A DNA stretch of 63,353 bases, filler included, from 6 parts of 6 records of this genome joined end to end with filler, not necessarily neighbours in it, one strand, 5' to 3'. Shown: positions 19,986 through 32,848, numbered from the whole stretch's first letter. Numbers and translations are program-made. The notes: generated by a model from the sequence alone, not told the origin.

Positions 19986-21008
19986 CTACTTTTTCGCTGG
20001 CGTCGGAGCAACAAACCGAAAACGGTTCATCTTGTCACGCGGATCCTCTTCAACGAAGTCGCGGACCGCTGCCTCGACTTCTTCACGATGCTTGCGTGGC
20101 AACTCATTGATAATCGACTTCATCGATTTCTTCTTCAGCTCCATCCAGTCGTCATAGTAGTCCTTCCGAACCTCTTCGATCTTCTCGCTGAGTTTTGCTT
20201 GGGCTTTTTCATCCAAACCGAAGTCTTCCGCCAATCCATTGATCATCGCAAACTCGTCGCCGTGCTTGCGTCTCAATCGCTCAATTCTAATCTTCAATGA
20301 CAGCTTCTCGGATTGCTCCGGCGTGAGGATGGTCTGTGAGCTCATCACCACTTCCTGCAAAACTTCATTTCGCCGCCCAATGTCGAGTCTCTCTTCGCCG
20401 TTCCGCAACTCTTCGGAGGCACTTCGATATTTCCTTTGCACTTCGCTCAACTCCACCCGCTGCTCGGCGGTCAGTCCCAACTTGTCTGCAAGTTCCGTGT
20501 CAAAGGACAGACGCATCAGCTCCGTCTGGATCTGCCTGAGCTTGCTCATTTCCTGGTACTGCTCAGGGGAATAGCTTCGAGCGCGAGGTTGGGCAGCTAG
20601 CTCGGCCCGCTTCTTCGCAATGTGTTCGGTTAGCTTTGATTGCTGATCCTTACTGAGCACGTCTTTGGCGTCGCGAACCGCCGTGTCCATCAATTCCTTC
20701 ATCTCTTCGTGGGAGATGCGTTCACCCGGTTTTGCCCGAAACCCTTTCATCGACGCATCGCGATACTTCTGCATCGCAACCAGAATCGTCTTCCGTTGCT
20801 CAGGTGACAAACCAATCTCATCGGAGAGCTTTGTGTCATTGACGATCGACTGAAGTTCAAAAAGTCCAAATGCCGTCGGCTTTGCATCCGCTTCTTGGCC
20901 CGATCCATTCGAAGCATCTTGAGAATGGACGTAGCCTGGACGCCCCAAAAGGCCAAAACAAACGAGAAAGAAACAACCTGAAGTAATCACTGATACAGAG
21001 CGTTTCAT
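19986..21008 (-). CDS. Secreted helical protein with three Spy/CpxP (LTxxQ)-like repeats
   Basis: Signal peptide from MKRSV; repeats IGLSPEQ..VLSKDQ, LGLTAEQ..ILTPEQ and FGLDEKA..ELPRKH. Confidence 0.65.
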   Translation of the reverse strand: MKRSVSVITSGCFFLVCFGLLGRPGYVHSQDASNGSGQEADAKPTAFGLFELQSIVNDTKLSDEIGLSPEQRKTILVAMQKYRDASMKGFRAKPGERISHEEMKELMDTAVRDAKDVLSKDQQSKLTEHIAKKRAELAAQPRARSYSPEQYQEMSKLRQIQTELMRLSFDTELADKLGLTAEQRVELSEVQRKYRSASEELRNGEERLDIGRRNEVLQEVVMSSQTILTPEQSEKLSLKIRIERLRRKHGDEFAMINGLAEDFGLDEKAQAKLSEKIEEVRKDYYDDWMELKKKSMKSIINELPRKHREEVEAAVRDFVEEDPRDKMNRFRFVAPTPAKK

Positions 21009-21180
21009 TGAAGTCAAACTTTCCTTGTGAGCAACAGAGGAATGAGCCGGCACCCCAATGACCCGGCAGAATGCATTCACGCCAAGAGTCTACCGCAGTC
21101 GCGAAGAACAATCTGAGACCAACATGAAGACTGAGCAAAGATAACGCTCCCGTATACCCGCGTTCCCATTCCGCTACCGC

Positions 21181-21789
21181 CTACGAACGTCGTCCTATGC
21201 CGGGATACACATGGTCTTCAGTGACAACCATGTCCATGCGAATGTCATGCGTTTGCACGGGGACCGCATCGACCATCTGACATTCAAATGCCAACCCAAT
21301 CAAACGGGTATCCGATCGGACGTTACCAAGAAGCTTGTCGTAGTAACCCTTGCCGTGCCCAACACGACCTCCATGACGATCAAACGCAACGCCAGGAACC
21401 AAGACAACATCTAGATCGTTTGAGCGAACACGCTTAGAGACGAGGTCTCGCAGTTCTTCACGCGGCTCGAGGATCTCGTACATGCCTTCGGCAAGCTCAT
21501 CCATTGACTCGAGACGAAACAGCTCCAATTCGCCGTCCAAACAGAAAGGCACAACAATCCTTTTGCCGCTATCGATGGCCAATGGCAATGCGTGCCGAGT
21601 TCTCACTTCGGACCGAACGTCGATGTACCACATCACGCACTCAGCCTCTTGATAGACCGGCAAGTGCGTGACGGTGCTTACAATGAGCTGGCTCAAACCG
21701 CCCTTGTCCGCTTGCTCTCGCCGTGCCGCTTGTGCCGCCGCACGAACGTCCTGCTTGCGCGCAACCAGCGATTCGTCCTCTGAGGTCAT
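21181..21789 (-). CDS. 5-formyltetrahydrofolate cyclo-ligase
   Basis: SEVRT, ILEP and VPGVAFDRHGGRVGHGKGYYD motifs. Confidence 0.93.
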   Translation of the reverse strand: MTSEDESLVARKQDVRAAAQAARREQADKGGLSQLIVSTVTHLPVYQEAECVMWYIDVRSEVRTRHALPLAIDSGKRIVVPFCLDGELELFRLESMDELAEGMYEILEPREELRDLVSKRVRSNDLDVVLVPGVAFDRHGGRVGHGKGYYDKLLGNVRSDTRLIGLAFECQMVDAVPVQTHDIRMDMVVTEDHVYPGIGRRS

Positions 21790-21813
21790 TTTCACCAAAC
21801 CTGATGTCGACGC

Positions 21814-23355
21814 TCACTCGAAGAAAGTCGCAAACTTTGCGGCGGGTTCATCCCAGCGGTCCGTCTGCTGAGGTTCATAGGTCTGGGTTGGGAAACTGTG
21901 GCGAACCAACTGACGAGCTTCGTCAATTGAATGCAACGAACCGCTTCCGATCATCTGCATCAAAATGTTTCCGATCGCGGTCGCTTCAACAGGGCCCGCG
22001 ACGACTCGGCGTCCGCAAGCGTCAGCGGTCATCTGGCACAGCAATGCATTGAGCGAACCACCACCAACAATGTGAATCGTCTTGATGTGCGATTCGGTCA
22101 ACGCCTCCAGATGTTGCAGACACATTCGGTACCGAAGCGCTAAACCTTCCAAGGCTCCCCGAAACAAAACCCCGTTGTCTGTCGGAACTCTTTGTCCCGT
22201 CCGACCAGCCAACCCACAGATGGCATCGATCATGTTGTCCGGTGCAACAAGAGCGGGATCGTCCGGATTGACCAACAACGCAAACGGCTCGGCACCAGCG
22301 GCGGCCTGAGTCATCTCCGCCCAACTCGGCGCATTGCCCTGACGATCAAGAGCCGCGCGGATTTGCTGGTAAATCCAGAGTCCGCCAATGTTCTGCAACA
22401 GTCGGGTGCTTCCTCGGACTCCGCCTTCATTGGTGAAGTTCAATTCGGAACAAAGCGGCGACACGTTTGGCTGTGGGATTTCAACGCCCATCAATGACCA
22501 AGTCCCCGAACTGATGTAGCACCAATCAGGCGACGCCGGAGCAAAACCTTCCGCAGGAACAGCCAACACCGCCGACGCCGTGTCGTGAGTCGCTGGCAAA
22601 ATCACCGGAACGTCGTGCAGCCCGGTGTCCATCGCCACGCTGGGTTGAACGTTACCGATCGTCGTCCCCGCAGGCGAAGGCTCAGCGAACCAACTGGGAG
22701 GCAGTCCGAATCCATCGAGCAACTTAGTCGACCAACTTTGCGTGGCCGGATTGAGCAACTGAGTGGTCGATGCGTTGCTGGCCTCAACCGACCGTTCCCC
22801 TGACAGCAACCAGTGGAACAGGTCCCCCATCATCAGAAATGACTCGGCGGTTTCGAAAACAGAATCTCCGTTCTGCTTCGCGGCGATCAACTGGCAAAGC
22901 GAGTTGATGTCCATGAACTGCATGCCGGTTTCTTGGAAGATCGTTTCTTTGGGAACAATCTCACAAATCTTTTCGGCCATGCCGCGGTGCCGAGCGTCGC
23001 GGTAATGCCAAACCGGTCCGGCAATTTGATCGTGACGATCGACAAAGCCAAAGCTGACCCCCCAAGTATCCACGCCAACCGACGCAATGCTGGCCCCCGA
23101 CCAACTGGACTGGGCCCGCAGCGAGGCGTCTCGTAAACCATCCTGGATGTCCTGCCACAATTGCAGGTGGTTCCAGAGCATCGCATCCTGAACCTTCAGG
23201 GGACGGTTCACAAACCGCCCAGTCTCCACCAGCTCCAATCGCCCGTCATTCACTCCGCCGGCAATCACGCGACCGCTGGACGCCCCGAGATCGACCGCCA
23301 AGTGAACAGGACCGGAGAACTGAACTTCACTGGAGGATGGCTCAGCGGCTGACAT
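21814..23355 (-). CDS. rhaB: Rhamnulokinase / FGGY sugar kinase
   Basis: AVDLGASSGR, VDTWGV, HDTASAV, SSGTWSL, FTNEGG and GPVEATAIGN. SD AAGGAG before ATG 23355. Confidence 0.88.
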   Translation of the reverse strand: MSAAEPSSSEVQFSGPVHLAVDLGASSGRVIAGGVNDGRLELVETGRFVNRPLKVQDAMLWNHLQLWQDIQDGLRDASLRAQSSWSGASIASVGVDTWGVSFGFVDRHDQIAGPVWHYRDARHRGMAEKICEIVPKETIFQETGMQFMDINSLCQLIAAKQNGDSVFETAESFLMMGDLFHWLLSGERSVEASNASTTQLLNPATQSWSTKLLDGFGLPPSWFAEPSPAGTTIGNVQPSVAMDTGLHDVPVILPATHDTASAVLAVPAEGFAPASPDWCYISSGTWSLMGVEIPQPNVSPLCSELNFTNEGGVRGSTRLLQNIGGLWIYQQIRAALDRQGNAPSWAEMTQAAAGAEPFALLVNPDDPALVAPDNMIDAICGLAGRTGQRVPTDNGVLFRGALEGLALRYRMCLQHLEALTESHIKTIHIVGGGSLNALLCQMTADACGRRVVAGPVEATAIGNILMQMIGSGSLHSIDEARQLVRHSFPTQTYEPQQTDRWDEPAAKFATFFE

Positions 23356-24579
23356 GTTGGCTCCTTGAGAAAGCTTGAACGGGCAGAGATTGGAGGGTGG
23401 GGAAAAGAACGTGGGGCCGCATGCGAAATCGAAAAACGCGGCGAAAAAACGCCTGCATTCCGCAACGATCCCCATTTGACCTGAATTTCGCCGGCTTAAA
23501 GGCGCTGCATCAGGCCAAGTGGAGCCGAAACACCCGAAACAATTGGCTCACGCGACGATCTCGTCGATCAGTGCTTCGCGGCCGGGTGGACTGGCGAAAC
23601 GAGCAGACAACCTAGCGTGATTAGGAAATCCGGGCGAGAAGTCTATAGCCACTTCACGGAGACTTTTTTTTCGCCCTGGCAGTATTTGCTAGCAAAGCAG
23701 TCTCGGCGACCTGGGTGACTTAACCCGAACCGGCAACGTCGGTTAGCCAAGTGCAATCACTTTGACTACCAAATCTGAATTTGTTGAGATGGCGTGTGCG
23801 ACGATCAAAATTGAGGAATCAGATGTTGACCGCCCCACCAATGCACGTAGGCTTAGCCAGACCTCCGCGAGTTCGCCTAGCGTGGAGCCGGACGCGGTCA
23901 GCTTGCGGCCACGGGCTGACATCGTTGATGAATTGCCTCAAAACCATTGATTTTTGCGACATTTTCGCGAGAGCCGGGTTTTGGATCGATTGCTCACGAC
24001 GGCTTCACGGGCCGGGTACATGAAGTGCCCGGCCGCGGACGCTCGCTTCTCAAATTGCCGTCAAATTCCCGCTGAGCATAAACCAGACCAAAATTCGTTT
24101 GGTTGCCCTTTGCGGATGCAAGATCAATCGTTAAAGTTTCGAAAGTGATCTTCGGCCCGGTGTTGCGTGACGCGTCTGTATTCGTTCTGTCCTCCCTCAT
24201 TTCCGTCTAACTTTTCTTTCTCGAAGTCCTTCGTGAGCTAAGAGTTACGTTCCTTCCACTCCTCTCGCGGTTCTCTTTCGCGAAGCCAATTCCCTCGAAC
24301 GGATTCGTTTGTTGGCAATGGGTTTCACGCTTTAGATTCCGTTGCCGGGGTGCATTTTGGAACCGGAACCGCATTTGAAATCTCGATTTCATCGATTTTT
24401 CAACTGCTGATAAGCGACAGTTCATTCTGGCAAGCGGTATTCACCGTCGGAGTTCCAACGAACCAATTTCGTCATCTCATTGATGCGGTTTCGACGAATC
24501 AAGCTCCAAACAATGTGTGGGCGGATTCCGGGCTGTGTTGGTGTTTTTGTTCTTCCCCGCGAAGGAGCTCCCACTCACG

Positions 24580-27500
24580 ATGGCAACTACGACTCAGCGT
24601 CGCCTCGAACCCACCTCGATTCGCAAATTCGGCACCGGCTTGGGCCAGTTCGATTTGCCCGACCTGACCGCCCTGCAAACAGTGTCCTACGCGGCATTCT
24701 TGCAAGAAGATGCGGCCAGCAACGCTCGCAAAGATCACGGGCTGGAGTCCGTACTGAGGGAAATTTTCCCGATCGCCAGTTACGACGGGAATACGACGCT
24801 GGAGTACCTGTACTACGAGCTGGGGAAACCCCGCTACACAATTCAGGAATGCCGTCAGCTGCGTTTGACCTATGGTCGTCCGCTGCGTATTTGGTTGCGT
24901 CTGAATCGCGAAGAGCCCATCGAAGAAGAAGTCTATCTGGGCGACCTGCCAATCATGCTGGGCGGTGGTGAATTCATCATCAACGGTGCTGAGCGTGTTG
25001 TCGTGTCGCAGTTGCACCGCAGTCCCGGTGTCGACTTCGTTCTGGAACAAGACACCACGACCGATCGCAAGTTGCCATCGTGCCGCGTGATCCCAGAACG
25101 CGGCTCGTGGATCGAAGTCAACGTGACCAAGAAAGATGCGTTGACGGTACGCATTGACCAAAGCGGCAAATTTGCCGCGACCATGTTGCTGCGTGCAATG
25201 GATCCGAAGTACAGCACCGACGCAGATTTGTTGTCGGCGTTCTACGAAACCGGCACCATCAAGGTGAACGGTGGGAAAGACGCGACCAAGATCGAGAACA
25301 AGATCGCCGTCGACGATGTGGTTTACCCCAGCGGTCACGAACGTGCCGGCGAAATCATCGTCGAAGCTGGCTACAAGATCACCACCGAACTTTCGGAAAC
25401 GATCTGCAACGCTGGCGTGACTTCGGTCGAAGCAATGGACCTGCCAAAGGTACCGTTGATCTTCAACACGCTTGCCGACGACAACACCGCCAGCCACGAA
25501 GAAGCGTTGCTGCGGATCTATCAGCGTTTGCGTCCCGGCAACCCGCCTCAGCTGGAAAAAGCGCGCACGCTGTTCCAAGAAAAGTTCTACGACGACAACC
25601 GTTATCGATTGGGCAAAGTCGGCCGTTTCCGCCTGAACCGCAAGTTGGGTCTCGGCGTCGAAGAAACCGTCATGACGTTGCGTCCTGACGACATGATCGC
25701 TGCCATCCGTTACCTGATCGACTTGTTCGACGCGGACAGCGGTGCGGAGATCGACGACATTGACCACTTGGGCAACCGTCGTTTGCGTACCATCGATGAA
25801 CTCGCCAGCGAAGAACTCCGCAAGGGTTTCTTGAAGCTGCGTCGTACGGTTCAAGAACGCATGAGTGTCAAAGACGCTCAAGACATGACGCCCCGTTCTT
25901 TGATCAACCCCAAGAGCGTTTCAGCAGCAATCGACTTCTTCTTCGGTCGTGGCGAACTCTCTCAGGTCGTTGACCAGACGAACCCATTGTCGCAGTTGGC
26001 ACACGAACGACGTTTGTCGGCTCTCGGCCCTGGTGGTTTGAACCGGAAACGTGCGGGCTTCGAAGTTCGCGACGTGCACATTTCGCACTACGGTCGTATC
26101 TGCCCGATTGAGACTCCCGAAGGTACGAACATTGGTCTGATCAGCTCGTTGGCAATTTATGCTGGCGTCGACGATTACGGATTCCTTTGCACACCTTTCC
26201 GCAAAGTCATCGACGGCAAAATCAGCGACGAAACCGTTTGGTTGCGTGCCGATGAGGAAGGCGAATCCTACGTCGCACCTGCTGACACCGAAGTCAAAGA
26301 CGGTGCCCTGGTTCCCGGCCCCAACATGATCGCTCGTTTCCGCAGTGACTTCGAGATCGTCATGCCGGAGCAAGTGTCCTTCATGGACGTGGCTCCCGCT
26401 CAGATGGTCGGTGTCTCTGCTGGCTTGATTCCTTTCCTGGAGCACGATGATGCAAACCGTGCTTTGATGGGATCGAACATGCAGCGACAAGCCGTGCCAT
26501 TGTTGGTCACCGAGCCGCCAATTGTCGGCACCGGGATGGAACGCGAAGTCGCAAAGAACAGTGCGATGGTCGTGCGTGCTCGCCGTGCGGGCAAAGTGAC
26601 CTACGCAGATGCGACTCGTATCGAAATCGGTAGCGATCACTACCCACTGAAAAAGTACCAAGGGCTCAACGAACGAACCTGCCAAAACCAAAAGCCACTC
26701 ATCACGGTTGGTGACAAGGTCGAAAAAGGCCAAATCATCGCCGACGGTGCAGCCACCCAAAAAGGTGAACTGGCTCTCGGACGAAACGTCTTGGTCGGCT
26801 TCATGTCGTTCGACGGATTCAACTACGAGGATGCGATCATCATCAGCGAAGAGCTGGTGCGAAATGACACGTACACCTCGATCCACATCGAAGACTTCGA
26901 CGTCGAAATTCGCGAAACCAAATTGGGTCGCGAAGAATTCACGCGAGACATCCCGAACGTATCCGAGAAAGCACTTCGCAATTTGGACGACACCGGGATC
27001 GTTCAAACGGGAACTTACGTGAAGCCAGGCGACATTCTGGTCGGTAAGGTTTCACCGAAAAGCAAGACGGAACTGACGCCTGAAGAAAAGCTCCTTCACG
27101 CGATCTTCGGTCGTGCTGGTGAAGACGTGAAGAACGATTCGTTGGAAGTGCCATCGGGCATCGAAGGCATCGTCATCGACACGCAGAAGTTCAGCCGCCG
27201 GATGAGTCTCGGCGAAGACGAGCGAAAGGCGTTCGAACGCGAACTGAAGCAACACGAAACCGAAGGCAATGAAGAAATTGCCAGCACGTTTGAGTCGTTG
27301 ATTCGAGACATGGAAGAGGCTTCCGGCGTCAAGCTGAAAGACTCGACCGGCACACCGTTGGCCGACGGACAAGATCCTAAGTTCGTTGCTGAACGTGCTA
27401 CCAGCTTCCGATTGGAACTCGTCCTCGAGCAAATCGAAGACGAAGAGAAACGCAAAGCTGCCGAGAAGGTTCACCAAACTCAATGGCAAAACGTCGAGCA

Positions 27501-28302
27501 AGCCATCGACGAGCGTGATCGCAAACTGAACAGCATGAAACGCGGCGATGAACTTCGCTCGGGCGTGCTGCAGATGGTCAAGATCTACATCGCGACCAAG
27601 CGTACGATCAGCGTCGGTGACAAGATGGCGGGACGTCACGGTAACAAGGGTGTGATCGCCAAGATCCTTCCGATCGAAGACATGCCGTTCTTGCCGGATG
27701 GAACTCCAATTCAGATCATGCTCAACCCGCTGGGAGTTCCCAGCCGGATGAACGTGGGTCAGATTTTGGAAACTCACCTGGGTTGGGCGGGAGCCAAGCT
27801 TGGATTCCAAGCACTCACGCCAATCTTCGATGGTGCCAGCGAATCGGAAATCAACGACTGCTTGGCGGAAGCCGGTTTGCCAGCTCACGGTAAGATCCGA
27901 TTGACCGATGGTCGAACTGGTGAGCCGATGGAGCAGGAAACCACAGTGGGCTACATCTACATGCTGAAGCTTCACCACTTGGTTGATGACAAGGTCCACG
28001 CACGCAGCACCGGACCTTACTCGTTGATCACGCAGCAACCTCTTGGCGGCAAGGCTCGCTTCGGCGGTCAACGCTTCGGAGAAATGGAAGTTTGGGCACT
28101 CGAAGCATATGGTGCCGCTTACATTCTCCAGGAACTGCTGACGGTGAAATCCGACGATGTCGAAGGTCGAACCAAGATCTACGAATCGATGGTCAAGGGA
28201 GAAAACACTCTCGAGGCCGGCACACCTGCCAGCTTCGACGTGTTGACCAACGAAATTCGTGGTCTGGCCCTGAACATGCAACTCGAGAAACGGCCGATCT
28301 AA
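24580..28302 (+). CDS. rpoB: RNA polymerase beta subunit
   Basis: [30 protein letters not shown] and [17 protein letters not shown] before ATG 24580. Confidence 0.99.
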   Translation: MATTTQRRLEPTSIRKFGTGLGQFDLPDLTALQTVSYAAFLQEDAASNARKDHGLESVLREIFPIASYDGNTTLEYLYYELGKPRYTIQECRQLRLTYGRPLRIWLRLNREEPIEEEVYLGDLPIMLGGGEFIINGAERVVVSQLHRSPGVDFVLEQDTTTDRKLPSCRVIPERGSWIEVNVTKKDALTVRIDQSGKFAATMLLRAMDPKYSTDADLLSAFYETGTIKVNGGKDATKIENKIAVDDVVYPSGHERAGEIIVEAGYKITTELSETICNAGVTSVEAMDLPKVPLIFNTLADDNTASHEEALLRIYQRLRPGNPPQLEKARTLFQEKFYDDNRYRLGKVGRFRLNRKLGLGVEETVMTLRPDDMIAAIRYLIDLFDADSGAEIDDIDHLGNRRLRTIDELASEELRKGFLKLRRTVQERMSVKDAQDMTPRSLINPKSVSAAIDFFFGRGELSQVVDQTNPLSQLAHERRLSALGPGGLNRKRAGFEVRDVHISHYGRICPIETPEGTNIGLISSLAIYAGVDDYGFLCTPFRKVIDGKISDETVWLRADEEGESYVAPADTEVKDGALVPGPNMIARFRSDFEIVMPEQVSFMDVAPAQMVGVSAGLIPFLEHDDANRALMGSNMQRQAVPLLVTEPPIVGTGMEREVAKNSAMVVRARRAGKVTYADATRIEIGSDHYPLKKYQGLNERTCQNQKPLITVGDKVEKGQIIADGAATQKGELALGRNVLVGFMSFDGFNYEDAIIISEELVRNDTYTSIHIEDFDVEIRETKLGREEFTRDIPNVSEKALRNLDDTGIVQTGTYVKPGDILVGKVSPKSKTELTPEEKLLHAIFGRAGEDVKNDSLEVPSGIEGIVIDTQKFSRRMSLGEDERKAFERELKQHETEGNEEIASTFESLIRDMEEASGVKLKDSTGTPLADGQDPKFVAERATSFRLELVLEQIEDEEKRKAAEKVHQTQWQNVEQAIDERDRKLNSMKRGDELRSGVLQMVKIYIATKRTISVGDKMAGRHGNKGVIAKILPIEDMPFLPDGTPIQIMLNPLGVPSRMNVGQILETHLGWAGAKLGFQALTPIFDGASESEINDCLAEAGLPAHGKIRLTDGRTGEPMEQETTVGYIYMLKLHHLVDDKVHARSTGPYSLITQQPLGGKARFGGQRFGEMEVWALEAYGAAYILQELLTVKSDDVEGRTKIYESMVKGENTLEAGTPASFDVLTNEIRGLALNMQLEKRPI

Positions 28303-28531
28303 GGAAGCCAATTGCCGCCAGCGTTGAGTTGGCGGCTTTGGTTGTTCGGGCCGGCATCACGCCGGCCTGGACGGGGCGAACGCGAGACCTTCCCCGGTTT
28401 TGAACTCCCCCGGTTTTCGAACTCAAGCGTCAGAAGAATGACTCACCCCCATCTTCTGACCTTCTTCCCAACATCAATTGCACCAGCAAAAGAGCTAGCA
28501 GCGAACTGCTAATAGCTAGGAGCTTCTCAGA

Positions 28532-31500
28532 ATGTCCATTGGCGAAACCAGCAACTACGATCGCATCAACGATTACGCCTCCGTCCGTATCTCGTTGGCG
28601 CGACCTCAAGACATCAAAGCATGGTCGTTCGGTGAGGTCAAAAAACCCGAAACGATCAACTATCGAACCTACCGTCCTGAAAAAGACGGCTTGTTCTGCG
28701 AACGCATCTTTGGCCCTGAGAAGGACTGGGAATGTGCCTGCGGTAAATACCGTGGGATGAAGTACAAGGGCATGATCTGCGACCGTTGCGGCGTGAAGGT
28801 CACCCACAGCCGCGTGCGTCGTAAACGCATGGGCCACATCGAACTGGCCGCTCCGGTTGTTCACATTTGGTTCTTCAAAGCCATGCCATCGCGACTGGGC
28901 AACTTGCTCGCGATGAAAACCAGCTCGCTGGAAAAGGTCATCTACTTCCAGGATTACGTGGTCACGGATCCCAAGGACACCGACCTGGAAATGCTGCAAC
29001 TCCTCACCGAAGAGGAATACCGCGCCGCACGTCAACAGTACGGCTCAGGTAGCTTCCAAGCCGACATGGGTGCGGAAGCCGTTCGCGATCTGCTGAACAA
29101 GCTCGACTTGGTCACCCTGTCCGATCAACTTCGCGTTGACTTGGCGGAAACCGGCAGCAAGCAAAAGAAGAAAGACCTGATCAACCGACTCAAGATCGTC
29201 GAGTCGATCCGCGACAGCGACAACCGTCCCGAATGGATGGTCCTCGATGTCATTCCGGTCATTCCTCCCGACTTGCGTCCTTTGGTTCTGCTGGACAGCG
29301 GAAACTTCGCGACCTCGGACTTGAACGATCTCTATCGCCGGATCATCAACCGCAACAACCGTTTGCGAAAACTTGTCGATCTGAACGCACCGGAAGTCAT
29401 CATTCGCAACGAAAAGCGAATGCTGCAACAGTCCGTCGATGCGTTGTTCGATAACAACCGTTGCAAGCGTCCCGTGTTGGGATCGTCGAACCGGCCGCTG
29501 AAATCCTTGACCGACATGATCAAGGGAAAACAAGGACGTTTCCGCGAAAACCTGCTTGGCAAGCGAGTCGATTACTCCGCCCGGTCGGTCATCGTGGTTG
29601 GTCCTCGTTTGAAACTGCACCAGTGCGGTTTGCCAAAGAAGATCGCGCTCGAACTGTACCAACCGTTCATCATCCGTCGTCTGAAAGAGCTCGGCCACGC
29701 TGACACGATCAAGTCGGCCAAGAAGATGCTCGAACGAAAAGACGAAGAGGTTTGGGATATCCTCGAGCAAGTCATCACGAACCACCCCGTGTTGCTCAAC
29801 CGAGCACCAACGTTGCACCGGATGGGTATCCAAGCTTTCGAACCAACCTTGGTCGAAGGCAACGCGATCCATCTGCACCCGCTGGTTTGCAAAGGTTTCA
29901 ACGCTGACTTCGACGGCGACCAGATGGCCGTTCACTTGCCGCTTTCGATCGAAGCCCAAGTGGAAGCTCACACGTTGATGATGAGCACGAACAACGTGTT
30001 CGCTCCTTCGAACGGTAAACCCATCATGAGTCCTTCACAGGACATCGTCATGGGTTGCTACTTCATGACCGTCGAGATGCCCGATCAAAAGGGCGAGGGC
30101 ATGACGTTCAGCACCTACGAAGAAGTCGACTATGCGTTGGCTCAGGGCATCGTTGGTCTGCACACGCGAATCAAGTTGCGTTTGCCGAAGTATCAGAAAC
30201 TCAAGACCGACGACGAGAGCGGCGAATACGGCGCGATCATCGACACGACTCCGGGTCGCGTTCGCTTCAACGAAATGCTTCCCGTCGGGATGGATTTCTA
30301 CAACCGCGCCATGCGTAGCGGTGACTTGGCCAAATCGATCAGTGACTGCTATCAGCGTCTCGGACGCAAAGCAACGATTCACTTGCTCGATGACATGATG
30401 CAAACCGGTTTCCGTGAATCCACCCGCAGCGGTCTGTCGTTCGCGACGGATGACCTGGTGACCCCGGACACCAAGCTGCAGTTCATCAAGGAAGCCGAAA
30501 AAGAGGTCATGAAGCACAAGAAGGCTTATGACCGCGGTCTGATGACGGGCAAGGAACGGTACAACCAAGTTCTCGATGCTTGGACCCACGCTCGCGAAGC
30601 CATCACGGCAGACATGATGTCGGCGATGGAAAACGACATCCGGCCCGGCGGTTGGTACATCAACCCCGTTTTCTTGATGTCGCACTCGGGTGCACGGGGT
30701 GGTATTGAGCAAATTCGTCAGCTCGCCGGTATGCGTGGTCTGATGGCCAAGCCAACTGGTGAGATCATCGAGACGCCCATCAAGGCAAACTTCCGCGAAG
30801 GCCTGTCGGTGCTCGAGTACTTCTCGTCCACACACGGTGCTCGGAAGGGTCTGGCCGATACGGCGTTGAAGACAGCCGACTCCGGTTACCTGACTCGTAA
30901 GCTCGCCGACGTGGCTCAGAACGTTGTGGTCACCATGCATGACTGCGGCACCACTCAGGGCATCACGAAGGGTGTCGTTTACCGTGGTGAAAAGGTCGAA
31001 GTTTCACTGGCCGAATCGATCAATGGTCGTGTCAGCCTGAAGTCGATCGTCAACCCGGTCACCGACGAAGTGATCGTGGAAGCGAACCAGATGATCACTC
31101 CCGAGATCGCACGCAACATCGAAGCGATGGGCTTGGAAAAAATCCAGGTTCGCACGCCGATGTCTTGTGACGCACCTCTGGGTGTTTGCCGATGCTGCTA
31201 CGGAATGGACATGTCGACCGGATCGATGGTCGAAGAAGGCATGGCTGTCGGTATCATCGCCGCCCAATCGATTGGTGAGCCCGGTACTCAGTTGACGATG
31301 CGTACGTTCCACATCGGTGGTTCGGTGAGCAAGCAAGTCGAAGAGTCGGACATCAAAACCAGCCGTGATGGTGAAGTTCGTTTGACACGAATGAAAGCTG
31401 TGACGAACGCCGAAGGTCGCGACATCGTGTTGACCCGGAACGGTCAAATCATGTTGGTCGATGATCGCGGTCGGGAAGTCGAATCGTATGACATCCCAAC

Positions 31501-32821
31501 CGGTGCCATGCTAATGGTCAAAGAAGGCGACAAAGTCACCGCCGGACAAGTCCTGTGCGAATGGAACCCGTACTCGATTCCGATTTTGTCAGAAGTCACC
31601 GGTAAGATTCGCTTCGAAGATGTTGTCGAAGGCGAAACGATGCGTCTGGATCGCGAAGCCAGCGGTAACACCCGGATGACAATCATCGACCACAAGGGTG
31701 ACCTGCACCCGCAGTTGGTCATCGAAGATGAAACCGGTCGTCCGCTTCACGCTCAGTACTTGCCCGAACGTGCAACGATCTCGGTCAAGGAAGGCGAAGA
31801 AGTCATCCCCGGTAAGGTCCTTGCTGAAATGCCTCGTGAAACGGGTGGTGTTTCGGACATCACCGGTGGTCTGCCTCGTGTGACCGAGATCTTCGAAGCT
31901 CGTAAGCCAAAGGATCCGGCTGTGATCGCGGAAGTCGACGGCGAAGTCGAAATCCTCAGCGAACGCAAACGTGGCAAGCGAACGATCATCGTCCGCAGCG
32001 AATCAGGCATCGAACGCGAACACTTGGTTCCTCACGGAAAGCACTTCTTGGTGCACACCGGCGACATCGTGAAGGCTGGTCAAGCATTGGTCGACGGTGC
32101 GTTGGTTCCTCACGACATCTTGCGTGTGACCGGGGAAGAAGCCGTTCAGCAATACTTGCTGCACGAAATCCAACAGGTCTATCGCAGCCAGCGTGTGGAA
32201 ATCAACGACAAGCACGGTGAAATCATCATCGCTCGCATGCTTCGCAAGGTGAAGATCGAGAACGCCGGCGACACCAACCTGTTGCCCGGTAGCGTGATGG
32301 ACCGATTCCACTTCCGCAAAGCCAACCAGGACTTGCAGAAGTGCATCAAGATCGCCAACCCAGGTGACACGGACTACACCGAAGGCACGATCGTGCCAAA
32401 GGAAGCGTTCGAACAAACCAACGCCGAAGTCGAAGCGATGGGCGGAACGCCAGCCAAGGGCAAACGTTGCAAGAGTGCAACGGCCAGTACCCAGTTGCTT
32501 GGTATCACCAAGGCCGCCGTTCAGTCGAACTCGTTCATCTCGGCAGCGTCGTTCCAAGAAACCACCAAGGTGCTCACCGAAGCCGCTTTGGCAGGCAAGG
32601 TCGACAAGTTGGTCGGTTTGAAAGAGAACGTCATCTTGGGTCACTTGATTCCAGCCGGTACCGGTTTCCGCATCTTCCAAGAGTCGGAAGTCAACTACCG
32701 CCGCGAAGCACTCGAAGAACTGTCGCAGGCTCCTGTCTCGGCACTCGAAGAATCCTTCCCGTTGCTCGGAGGCGATGGCGAACCAGCCTCGACCACATCC
32801 AGCACGACCGAAGGCGAGTGA
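28532..32821 (+). CDS. rpoC: RNA polymerase beta' subunit
   Basis: Zinc finger, NADFDGD catalytic motif, [10 protein letters not shown] and SAASFQET. Confidence 0.99.
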   Translation: MSIGETSNYDRINDYASVRISLARPQDIKAWSFGEVKKPETINYRTYRPEKDGLFCERIFGPEKDWECACGKYRGMKYKGMICDRCGVKVTHSRVRRKRMGHIELAAPVVHIWFFKAMPSRLGNLLAMKTSSLEKVIYFQDYVVTDPKDTDLEMLQLLTEEEYRAARQQYGSGSFQADMGAEAVRDLLNKLDLVTLSDQLRVDLAETGSKQKKKDLINRLKIVESIRDSDNRPEWMVLDVIPVIPPDLRPLVLLDSGNFATSDLNDLYRRIINRNNRLRKLVDLNAPEVIIRNEKRMLQQSVDALFDNNRCKRPVLGSSNRPLKSLTDMIKGKQGRFRENLLGKRVDYSARSVIVVGPRLKLHQCGLPKKIALELYQPFIIRRLKELGHADTIKSAKKMLERKDEEVWDILEQVITNHPVLLNRAPTLHRMGIQAFEPTLVEGNAIHLHPLVCKGFNADFDGDQMAVHLPLSIEAQVEAHTLMMSTNNVFAPSNGKPIMSPSQDIVMGCYFMTVEMPDQKGEGMTFSTYEEVDYALAQGIVGLHTRIKLRLPKYQKLKTDDESGEYGAIIDTTPGRVRFNEMLPVGMDFYNRAMRSGDLAKSISDCYQRLGRKATIHLLDDMMQTGFRESTRSGLSFATDDLVTPDTKLQFIKEAEKEVMKHKKAYDRGLMTGKERYNQVLDAWTHAREAITADMMSAMENDIRPGGWYINPVFLMSHSGARGGIEQIRQLAGMRGLMAKPTGEIIETPIKANFREGLSVLEYFSSTHGARKGLADTALKTADSGYLTRKLADVAQNVVVTMHDCGTTQGITKGVVYRGEKVEVSLAESINGRVSLKSIVNPVTDEVIVEANQMITPEIARNIEAMGLEKIQVRTPMSCDAPLGVCRCCYGMDMSTGSMVEEGMAVGIIAAQSIGEPGTQLTMRTFHIGGSVSKQVEESDIKTSRDGEVRLTRMKAVTNAEGRDIVLTRNGQIMLVDDRGREVESYDIPTGAMLMVKEGDKVTAGQVLCEWNPYSIPILSEVTGKIRFEDVVEGETMRLDREASGNTRMTIIDHKGDLHPQLVIEDETGRPLHAQYLPERATISVKEGEEVIPGKVLAEMPRETGGVSDITGGLPRVTEIFEARKPKDPAVIAEVDGEVEILSERKRGKRTIIVRSESGIEREHLVPHGKHFLVHTGDIVKAGQALVDGALVPHDILRVTGEEAVQQYLLHEIQQVYRSQRVEINDKHGEIIIARMLRKVKIENAGDTNLLPGSVMDRFHFRKANQDLQKCIKIANPGDTDYTEGTIVPKEAFEQTNAEVEAMGGTPAKGKRCKSATASTQLLGITKAAVQSNSFISAASFQETTKVLTEAALAGKVDKLVGLKENVILGHLIPAGTGFRIFQESEVNYRREALEELSQAPVSALEESFPLLGGDGEPASTTSSTTEGE

Positions 32822-32848
32822 TCGCCACTTCGAATCGTTGAAAACATC

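Noticed and set aside
21790-21813. 6S RNA expected upstream of 5-formyl-THF cyclo-ligase
   Set aside because: Only 24 nt separate it from rhaB, leaving no room. I could not recognise a 6S RNA elsewhere by eye.
23762-24425. Short ORFs in the rhaB-rpoB gap
   Set aside because: Mutually overlapping, no clear SD or motifs, atypical composition.
24580-32821. Inteins or an rpoB-rpoC fusion
   Set aside because: Lengths are ordinary, no intein motifs were seen, and the genes have separate stop and start codons.
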